Shown piece by piece: positions 1-6,447 of a stretch of DNA of 42,988 bases. Origin of the DNA: Gemmatimonadales bacterium (lineage in GTDB: Bacteria; Gemmatimonadota; Gemmatimonadetes; Gemmatimonadales; GWC2-71-9); the NCBI GenBank assembly GCA_035710265.1, contig DASTDR010000472.1:1-42988 (forward strand). The letters are read 5' to 3'. Position 1 is the stretch's first letter, and every line of letters begins with the position of its first letter. Both the position numbers and the translations under genes were made by a program. The notes under the pieces are model-generated. The model was not told the origin of the DNA, made no database searches, and was given only the letters and a program-made list of their open reading frames with translations.

Positions 1-187
1 CCGGCACGTCTATGTATGCCGCCGACAGGTCCGGACCCACGTCGGCCTTGCTCCTGGTCACCTTGAGCGCGGCGATTGTGTGGCAATCGGAGCAGCCGCG
101 ATCCACGAGCAGGCTCGCGCGCGGGTCCTGCTGGGCAGCGAGGGGTTGCATGCCCATCGCGAGCGCGAGCGCCAGCAGTTTCTTCAT
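1..187 (-). CDS. c-type cytochrome, N-terminal 62 codons only (gene runs off the left window edge)
   Basis: Not in the ORF track because there is no stop in the window. Hand translation of the minus strand from ATG 185-187 gives MKKLLALALAMGMQPLAAQQDPRASLLVDRGCSDCHTIAALKVTRSKADVGPDLSAAYIDVP. This has a signal peptide and a CSDCH heme-c motif. It resembles the nos-linked cytochrome c at 28655-29080 (GCPQCHS...VGPDLTAAYEDV). ATGA overlap with the stop of the upstream hydrolase gene. Confidence 0.6.
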   Translation of the reverse strand, partial: MKKLLALALAMGMQPLAAQQDPRASLLVDRGCSDCHTIAALKVTRSKADVGPDLSAAYIDVP

Positions 188-885
188 GGCACAATCTCCA
201 TACGGCCACCCACTGCCACCGAGCGGCCCAGATGTTCGAGGAACCACAGCCGGGCGAGCGCGACCACCGATTCGAGCGTGCCGGGCTCCTCGAAGAGGTG
301 GGTGGCTCCCGGCACGATCTCGAGCCGCTTGATTCCACCCAGTTGCGCATAGGCGTCGCGATTGAGCGCGAGCACGGCGGTATCGGCGCCGCCGACGATC
401 AGCAGCGTCGGAGCCTGGACCCGCGGGAGGAAGTCGCCGGCCAGGTCGGGGCGGCCGCCCCGGCTCACGACTGCGTGCACGCGTGGATCCTCGGCTGCCG
501 CCACGAGTGCCGCCGCCGCCCCAGTACTGGCGCCGAAGTAGCCGATGTGTAGATCCGTGGTCGCTGGTCGCTCCGCGACCCAGTTGGTCGCGTGGCGCAG
601 CCGCCCGGCGAGCAGCTCCACATCGAAGACGTTGCGGCGGCTCGCTTCCTCTTGTTCACTCAACAGATCGAAGAGCAGGGTGCCGATGTTCGCCGCCACG
701 AGCGCATTGGCGACCCGCTGGTTACGCCGGCTGAAGCGTGAGCTCCCGCTGCCGTGCGCGAAGAGCACCACGCCCGCCGGATTGGGCGGCAACGTCAGCG
801 TTCCCTGCAGCGACACGCCGGCGGCGGGGATCACGACGGACGAGGGCAGATGGTCTTCGAACACGTCCATTGGTTTGTCGTTCAT
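184..885 (-). CDS. dienelactone hydrolase / alpha-beta hydrolase family protein
   Basis: Motifs VVLFAHGSGSSRFSRRN and nucleophile elbow GYFGASTGAAAAL. The ORF track extends to 984, but the ATG at 885 (MNDKPMDVF) is preceded by AGGAGTGGAG. That start also avoids an interlocked start with the divergent gene at 983. Confidence 0.7.
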   Translation of the reverse strand: MNDKPMDVFEDHLPSSVVIPAAGVSLQGTLTLPPNPAGVVLFAHGSGSSRFSRRNQRVANALVAANIGTLLFDLLSEQEEASRRNVFDVELLAGRLRHATNWVAERPATTDLHIGYFGASTGAAAALVAAAEDPRVHAVVSRGGRPDLAGDFLPRVQAPTLLIVGGADTAVLALNRDAYAQLGGIKRLEIVPGATHLFEEPGTLESVVALARLWFLEHLGRSVAVGGRMEIVP

Positions 886-982
886 GGGCCCACTCCACTC
901 CTGAAACGTGGCCGCCTGGCCATGAAGCAGCGGTGAATCGACCCTCACGATACCTTCAAGCGGGCCGCCGAAATTTCGTGGC

Positions 983-2440
983 ATGAAGCGCTACCTGTTG
1001 CTGATCGCATTGGCGAGCCCGATCGCCGCCGCAGCCGCGCAGGAGCCGATCGACTCAGTCCTGGCCCGCTTCTACGCTGCACGGTGGTGGCAACCGGCAT
1101 GGCTTGCACCGGTCGGAACCTCCCCGGCGGCGGATGCTCTACTCGCGCTCACCGCCACAGCCGACCGCAATGGTCTGAATCCCGCGGACTACCTGATCCC
1201 GGAGCTGGAGTCGTTGGTGTATGGGGGCCGGGTCCGGGCCGACAGGTGGCGCCTTGATTCACTCCTGACGCGCACGTTTCTCACGTACGCCCGGGATGTC
1301 TCACACGGACGGGTTGACCCGGGCGCCGTCGATTCGCAATGGACCGCTGCCCCCAGCCGCATCGACCTGGCCGACTTGTTGGAGCGGGCGCTCGCTGCGG
1401 ATGACCCGGAAGCGGTGCTGCGATCGATCGAGCCCGCCCAAGTTGGGTACCTGAATCTCCGCGCCGCCCTTTGGCGCTATCGCGACCTGGCGGAACAGGG
1501 CGCATGGCCCTCCGACCTTGCATCGCGTCTCACGGTCGAAGGCTACGATACGACCGCCGGAATCCAGGCGGCGGTTCGTCGCTTTCAGGCGCTGCATGGT
1601 CTCGTTCCCGATGGGAAAGTCGGACCGGTCACGCGTGCCGCGCTGAACGTCCCCGCCGCAGTCCGCGCCGGGCAGATTACCCTGAACCTCGAGCGCTGGC
1701 GTTGGCTGCCGCGCTCACTCGGCGAGCGGTATGTCGTCGTCAACAGCGCGGCATTCCAGCTCGACCTGGTGGAGAACGGCGCGGTCACGTTCTCCACTCG
1801 CGCCGTGGTGGGCCGTCCCGATTGGCCGACTCCGATCGTCAGCTCGCGCGCTACCCACATCGTCTTTCGCCCCGTCTGGCGCGTGCCGCGGGCGATCGCC
1901 GCGCAGGAACTGTTGCCCCTCATCCGCCGCGATCCCACCTACCTCGCGCGCGCGGGCATTCGCGTATTCGGCGACTCGTCGCGCAATGGCGCCGAGCTGA
2001 ATCCGCGTACCATCGACTGGCACGCCGTCACCGAGAGCACGTTTGCGTATCACCTCGCGCAGGAGCCCGGCCTCGACAACCCGCTCGGCGCCATGAAGCT
2101 GGTGTTCTGGACTCCGTTCAGCGTGTTCATTCACGACACGCCGATTCGATCCTCGTTCAAAGAGCTCTGGCGAGCCTTGAGTCACGGCTGCGTGCGGATA
2201 GAGGACGCGCCATCCCTCGCGGCCCGCCTGCTGCCTTCCTGGCCGGCGGACTCCTTGCACGCCGCGCTGAGCACGGGCCGCCAACGGTGGGTACAACTGG
2301 CCGAGCCGATCGGCGTGCATCTCGTCTATTGGAGCACCTGGGTGACCGAGGAGGGCCTGGTGGCATTCGGGGCTGACCCCTACGGCTGGGATGCGAAGCT
2401 CGCCCGGGCACTCGAACCGCAAGGAGCGCTGATCCCATGA
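983..2440 (+). CDS. L,D-transpeptidase (YcbB/YkuD family) with peptidoglycan-binding domain
   Basis: Signal peptide MKRYLLLIALASPIAAAAAQ. PG-binding-1-like AVRRFQALHGLVPDGKVGPVTRAALN. Catalytic motif LSHGCVRIED. Confidence 0.85.
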   Translation: MKRYLLLIALASPIAAAAAQEPIDSVLARFYAARWWQPAWLAPVGTSPAADALLALTATADRNGLNPADYLIPELESLVYGGRVRADRWRLDSLLTRTFLTYARDVSHGRVDPGAVDSQWTAAPSRIDLADLLERALAADDPEAVLRSIEPAQVGYLNLRAALWRYRDLAEQGAWPSDLASRLTVEGYDTTAGIQAAVRRFQALHGLVPDGKVGPVTRAALNVPAAVRAGQITLNLERWRWLPRSLGERYVVVNSAAFQLDLVENGAVTFSTRAVVGRPDWPTPIVSSRATHIVFRPVWRVPRAIAAQELLPLIRRDPTYLARAGIRVFGDSSRNGAELNPRTIDWHAVTESTFAYHLAQEPGLDNPLGAMKLVFWTPFSVFIHDTPIRSSFKELWRALSHGCVRIEDAPSLAARLLPSWPADSLHAALSTGRQRWVQLAEPIGVHLVYWSTWVTEEGLVAFGADPYGWDAKLARALEPQGALIP

Positions 2441-2676
2441 AGCACGCATTACAGCTGATTCTGCTCTTTGGACTCGCCGGGTTGACGTTCTCCGGCGTGC
2501 TCACGTATCGCGAGGTGTTCGCGTCCTCGGCGACCTGTCCCTCACCGGGGGCGCCCGGCACGATTCTCGGCTATCCGGCCTGCGTGTATGGATTCTTCAT
2601 GTATCTCGCGATTGTGATTACGGCGCTGGCCGGTTTGCGCGCCGGCTCGCGGTCCCCACGCGCGGTGCTGGTATGA
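2437..2676 (+). CDS. small 2-TM membrane protein with a loop Cys pair (faint resemblance to the N-terminal half of VKOR)
   Basis: ATGA overlap with the transpeptidase stop. Two hydrophobic helices flank TCPSPGAPGTILGYPACVYG. No CxxC motif. Confidence 0.45.
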   Translation: MKHALQLILLFGLAGLTFSGVLTYREVFASSATCPSPGAPGTILGYPACVYGFFMYLAIVITALAGLRAGSRSPRAVLV

Positions 2677-3053
2677 ACAGCAAAGTGATCGCGCTCCTCG
2701 TCACGCTGGCGTGGGCGGGCGTCGCCTGCAGCGACGAAACCGGGCCACAGATCTCGCTGGCCGGCACGTGGGACTTCATCGGGTTCAGCGATGCCGGGAT
2801 CGAGGCAGCCACGACCGGCACCTGGACGTTCGAGACCACCAACGCGTTCCATGTGCAGGGGACGATCACGTTTCCCGGTGAGCCCACCGATTCGCTCGTG
2901 GTGTCCGGCTCCTACAGCCAGCAGGGGAGTCAGGTCGAGCTGACGATCGGCATTGACACGGGCAGGTGGACGCTCAGCGGCGATGGAGACGTCGTGGTGC
3001 TGACCGAGGTCGAGCCGGCACCGGCGAACACGATCACGCTGCGTCGCCAATAG
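2673..3053 (+). CDS. lipoprotein, unknown function
   Basis: ATGA overlap with the preceding gene. Lipobox in MNSKVIALLVTLAWAGVAC|SDE. The rest is beta-rich and polar. Confidence 0.6.
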   Translation: MNSKVIALLVTLAWAGVACSDETGPQISLAGTWDFIGFSDAGIEAATTGTWTFETTNAFHVQGTITFPGEPTDSLVVSGSYSQQGSQVELTIGIDTGRWTLSGDGDVVVLTEVEPAPANTITLRRQ

Positions 3054-3089
3054 TGCAGCGTCACCTCGACCGACTTCCTACGGGCGCTC

Positions 3090-3656
3090 TCAGCGCGCCT
3101 CGCTTCCGCTGACTCGTCGCAGTCTGCGCTCCTCGTCATCGTAGGTGATCAGCACGATGTCGCGGCGCGCGATGCGAATCGTGTCGTGGAACGTGAGGGC
3201 GGGCGGGGTTTCACGCGCTTCGTGTGCGCGGTCTTCCTCCCCTTCGCGAAACAAGGCTCCGGCGGTCATGCGCTCGAACGCGACTTCAATGCGGTGCCGG
3301 CCGCTCGCAACGGGCAGCTCGAAGAACACGAACAGCGGTCGATCCTCGCGCACGCCGCCTGCCCGAGCGGTGTCGTCGAGAACGAGGACGCTGTCAATCC
3401 ACACACGGAGGTGATACGGGAGGATGTGCCGCGTGCAGACTTCTTTCTGACGCATGTGCACGGGCATCCTCGCCAGCTCCTCGGGCGCGACGCGGCGGCA
3501 GACCCGGGCCTGCTCGCCGAGCGCGCGCCACGACAGTCTGATCAGACCCTGGTCCGCCGCCGCGCCGCCGCTGGAGATCGCGGACAACAGCGCGAGTGCG
3601 CCGGCGCTGCCGGCGGCGACGGCCAGACCGAGCGCGCGCCACGGTCTCCACTTCAT
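3090..3656 (-). CDS. membrane-anchored or secreted hypothetical protein, translationally coupled to the cytochrome b fusion
   Basis: ATGA overlap (3653-3656) with the upstream gene. N-terminal hydrophobic segment WRALGLAVAAGSAGALALLSAI. No recognisable motif. Confidence 0.5.
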   Translation of the reverse strand: MKWRPWRALGLAVAAGSAGALALLSAISSGGAAADQGLIRLSWRALGEQARVCRRVAPEELARMPVHMRQKEVCTRHILPYHLRVWIDSVLVLDDTARAGGVREDRPLFVFFELPVASGRHRIEVAFERMTAGALFREGEEDRAHEARETPPALTFHDTIRIARRDIVLITYDDEERRLRRVSGSEAR

Positions 3657-5221
3657 GAGGGGAGCACCGGCTCGACCGTACAGTCGCGCACAACGTCGAC
3701 ATCGGTTTCACCCGCGGCCGCAGCCAGGGCGTCGATCGTCGCCCGGAAATCGTCGATCGCGTGCAGCACAACACCGGGTTCCCCGGGTCCGGCGTGAACG
3801 AACCGCACGCGCCGGCGGTCCACACGCGCCTGGAGCTCGGCTTCCCGTTCGTGATACAGGCGCTGCTCGGTCCATTTCGGGCCTTCGCGGTTTCGGCAAT
3901 CCCGCGGCGGGCAGGATACCACCAGGACACCGCCGGCGCCGGCTCGGATGCAGAACTCGATCACCGAGGTGTGCAGATTACCGGCGCAACTGATCGGACG
4001 AAGGTGCACGCCCGGCCGGCCGTTCCCCGCCACTGCGGCGCTGCGGTCACAGCCGATCACCACGAGGTCACGCGGTCCCAGGCCAGCCGCGGCGACGAAC
4101 GCGCGGATGGCCGAGAGCTGATCACGCCCCGTTCTCCCCGGTGGCCCGACGCCCATTGGCGCGCACGAGCCCGCGCAGATCCCGCAGCTCACACACAGCT
4201 CAGGATGGACGTGGGCAACGAGCGCGGAGCGCACGGTGTCCACGCCCCTCCCGCCCTCGCGGGAGATCATTTCTATCGCTTCGTAGGGGCAGTCGACATA
4301 GCACTGCTCGCACCCGGTACAGATGGTCTCGTCGACCACTGACTTTGGTGGCTCGAGCGCGGGAGCCGGCCGGGTCCACGGGGGCACCAAAAGCAGCACC
4401 ACGCCGAGGAATACGCCGATGACCCACACAATCCCGGCGGGCAAGGCGCGACTGAGCGGCAACCAGAATGTGTAGAAGGCGTCATAGGGTGCCGGGCCGG
4501 GCAGACGAAACAAATCGGCGGCGGGGCCGAGCGGAGCGGGCCAGAGCAGCGACAGGACCAGGAGCAGCGCGATCGTGCCCCACAGCAGCCCGCGCGGCGG
4601 CAGGAGGTTCGGGCGAGCCATGCGCGAGACGTGCAGCCATACGAGCAGTCCCAGCCCGATGGGCAGGGCAATATGGGCGAAGAGATTGAGGAAGAAGAAC
4701 GCCGCGGGGATCGGGCGCTCCCCAACGAACGCCCGGCCGATTGGCTCGCCGAAAATGGGGAGGACGTCGAGCAGCCGCGCGCCCTCTTGCGCCAGGACCT
4801 GCGCCGGGACGTCCCATACCATCACGAGTCCCGTCCACCCACACACCAGCGTCACCGCGACGAGGATCAACCCGGTGACCCACGCGAGCGTACGCGGCCC
4901 CCAACTCCGACCCTGGGCGAACATGCGGAGCGCGTGCACGAGGACGGCGACGACCGCGGCATCGGAAGCGTAGCGGTGCAGGGTCCGGATCCATTCCCCG
5001 AGCCACGGCTGCATGCGAAGCCCGGCGATCGACTGATACGGCGAGCCGACGCGGTAGACGAAGAGCAGGTAGATGCCGGTGACCAACAGCACGAGGAACA
5101 GAGCCACGACCAGGGTGCCGCTTTGGTACAGCGGGTTGTAGCGCCAGCCGTAGAGCCGGTTCATGGCGGCATCGAGCCACGCGAGGACGCGCCAGCTGCC
5201 TTGCCGGGTCCTAATTATCAT
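3653..5221 (-). CDS. fusion protein: di-heme cytochrome b (6 TM) + 2x[4Fe-4S] ferredoxin + MvhD/FlpD-like domain
   Basis: Two H-x13-H pairs sit in TM helices (LHRYASDAAVVAVLVHAL and AHIALPIGLGLLVWLHV), as in cytochrome b of bc complexes. Two Cys clusters: CTGCEQCYVDCP and CVSCGICAGSCAP. The C-terminus resembles the methyl-viologen-reducing hydrogenase delta subunit (VIGCDRSA...ISCAGNLH...VVSCPPRDCRN). Start moved from 5353 to ATG 5221 (MIIRTRQGSW) so that it does not run over the divergent Rrf2 gene. Confidence 0.75.
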   Translation of the reverse strand: MIIRTRQGSWRVLAWLDAAMNRLYGWRYNPLYQSGTLVVALFLVLLVTGIYLLFVYRVGSPYQSIAGLRMQPWLGEWIRTLHRYASDAAVVAVLVHALRMFAQGRSWGPRTLAWVTGLILVAVTLVCGWTGLVMVWDVPAQVLAQEGARLLDVLPIFGEPIGRAFVGERPIPAAFFFLNLFAHIALPIGLGLLVWLHVSRMARPNLLPPRGLLWGTIALLLVLSLLWPAPLGPAADLFRLPGPAPYDAFYTFWLPLSRALPAGIVWVIGVFLGVVLLLVPPWTRPAPALEPPKSVVDETICTGCEQCYVDCPYEAIEMISREGGRGVDTVRSALVAHVHPELCVSCGICAGSCAPMGVGPPGRTGRDQLSAIRAFVAAAGLGPRDLVVIGCDRSAAVAGNGRPGVHLRPISCAGNLHTSVIEFCIRAGAGGVLVVSCPPRDCRNREGPKWTEQRLYHEREAELQARVDRRRVRFVHAGPGEPGVVLHAIDDFRATIDALAAAAGETDVDVVRDCTVEPVLPS

Positions 5222-5235
5222 ATTAACATGATAAT
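5214..5235. promoter_or_regulatory. perfect 8-6-8 palindrome ATTATCAT-ATTAAC-ATGATAAT in an AT-rich island; candidate Rrf2 operator or shared divergent promoter
   Basis: Read directly from 5211-5246 ctaattatcatattaacatgataataatacgatatg. This is the only strongly AT-rich stretch I noticed in the core region. It overlaps the minus-strand ATG (5219-5221) and ends 9 nt before the Rrf2 ATG (5244). Confidence 0.55.
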
Positions 5236-5243
5236 AATACGAT

Positions 5244-5663
5244 ATGCTTTCGCAAACAGCGGAATACGCCTTGCGCGCCGTACTGTACCTGGCGGAGCAC
5301 AGCGATCCCAGCGTGCCGGTGCGCGTCGGGACCATCGCCGACAACCTCGGCATCCCTCAGAACTATCTCTCCAAGATCCTGCACCAGTTGGTCCGCGAAG
5401 GGGTCCTGGGATCGCTGCGCGGGAAAGCCGGCGGCTTTTGGCTCGCCGCTCCGCCGGAGAAGCTGGCGTTGAGCGCCGTCATCATGCCCTTCGATCGCGT
5501 CGAACAGCGACGCCGCTGTCTGCTGGGCCGGCCGCAATGCACCGATCGCAGCGCATGTGCTGCTCATACGCGCTGGAAGGAGGTCGCGGACCGGGTCGCC
5601 GAGTTCTTCCGCGAAACGACGGTGGCGGATCTGCTGGGTCGGGGCGCGGCACTCGTGGTATGA
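5244..5663 (+). CDS. Rrf2-family transcriptional regulator with 3-Cys Fe-S cluster motif (NsrR/IscR-like)
   Basis: N-terminal wHTH MLSQTAEYALRAVLYLAEH...IPQNYLSKILHQLVREGVL. Cys triad CLLGRPQCTDRSAC (C-x6-C-x5-C). Confidence 0.85.
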   Translation: MLSQTAEYALRAVLYLAEHSDPSVPVRVGTIADNLGIPQNYLSKILHQLVREGVLGSLRGKAGGFWLAAPPEKLALSAVIMPFDRVEQRRRCLLGRPQCTDRSACAAHTRWKEVADRVAEFFRETTVADLLGRGAALVV

Positions 5664-5690
5664 GAACCTGCAACGCAAAGGAGAGGTGCG

Positions 5691-5852
5691 ATGGCTAGGT
5701 CAGCCCAGCCGGACGAGCGCGCGCCGCTGCTGCAGCGCGTATATGACAATCCTTTTCTCCTGCTGATCGCCGGCATCGGCGTGATGGTGGTGTTCTATAC
5801 GGCCTGGGGCTTGTGGGAGATCCTAACGCTCCCGCCGGCTCCACTGCCCTGA
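5691..5852 (+). CDS. 53-aa single-TM protein, positional analogue of oxidase subunit IIa
   Basis: Too short for the ORF track. Hand translation gives MARSAQPDERAPLLQRVYDNPFLLLIAGIGVMVVFYTAWGLWEILTLPPAPLP. A strong SD (AAGGAGAGG) lies 5 nt upstream. It sits directly upstream of a CuA subunit II, as cbaD does in the second oxidase operon. Confidence 0.55.
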   Translation: MARSAQPDERAPLLQRVYDNPFLLLIAGIGVMVVFYTAWGLWEILTLPPAPLP

Positions 5853-5868
5853 TCCGCGAGGATTCTCT

Positions 5869-6447
5869 ATGCACACCGGTATGCAGTCGCCGCGCGGCAT
5901 CTGGTGGCGGCCCGCGCACAAGACGGAAAAGATGTGGGTGCTCATCGCGTTCGCGTGGTGCTTGGTGCTCTTCGCCATGATGCCGCTGTGGCACCTGAAG
6001 GGCGCGCAGAATCCATCGGGCATTCGTCACCGCGTGGACCCAAACGCGTACGCCCGGCGCACCAACGAGTTCATCCGGACGTACAAGGTCGGCATGGACG
6101 GCGCCATCCCGGTCGTCGAGCCGCCGCCCGGCAGCGACGTCTACCTGCTCGGTCGAATGTGGGCGTGGGAGCCGGTCCTCAAGCTGCACAAGGGTGTGGA
6201 ATACACGCTGCATCTCTCCTCGGTGGACGTGAATCACGGGTTTAGTCTCACGCCGGTGAATCTCAATTTCCAGGTTGTGCCCGGTTACGACTACGGCCTG
6301 CGGATCACGCCCACCCAGGCGGGCGACTTCCGGGTCGTGTGCAACGAGTTCTGCGGCATCCAGCACCATGCGATGGTCGGCCGCATCATCGTGGTTGACG
6401 ACAGCGCGAGCGGCGCCGCACCAACTCGCACCGGAGGTGGCCAATGA
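5869..6447 (+). CDS. heme-copper oxidase subunit II (single-TM, cupredoxin, CuA site intact)
   Basis: CuA ligands DVNHGF ... VVCNEFCGIQHHAM (C-x3-C-x3-H-x2-M). One N-terminal TM helix, as in B-family subunit II. GAGGA lies 6 nt upstream of the ATG. Confidence 0.85.
   Translation: MHTGMQSPRGIWWRPAHKTEKMWVLIAFAWCLVLFAMMPLWHLKGAQNPSGIRHRVDPNAYARRTNEFIRTYKVGMDGAIPVVEPPPGSDVYLLGRMWAWEPVLKLHKGVEYTLHLSSVDVNHGFSLTPVNLNFQVVPGYDYGLRITPTQAGDFRVVCNEFCGIQHHAMVGRIIVVDDSASGAAPTRTGGGQ

Noticed and set aside
982-985. Interlocked divergent start codons (CATG) between the hydrolase (track start 984) and the transpeptidase (983).
   Set aside because: An internal ATG at 885 with a good SD gives a hydrolase of normal length and leaves a ~100-bp divergent promoter region. 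The 984 start is probably an ORF-extension artefact.
5222-5353. Extended N-terminus of the cytochrome b fusion (track start 5353).
   Set aside because: It would overlap the Rrf2 gene by 110 nt on the opposite strand. It would also add a non-hydrophobic, non-conserved-looking leader. The cytochrome b similarity begins right after the Met at 5221.
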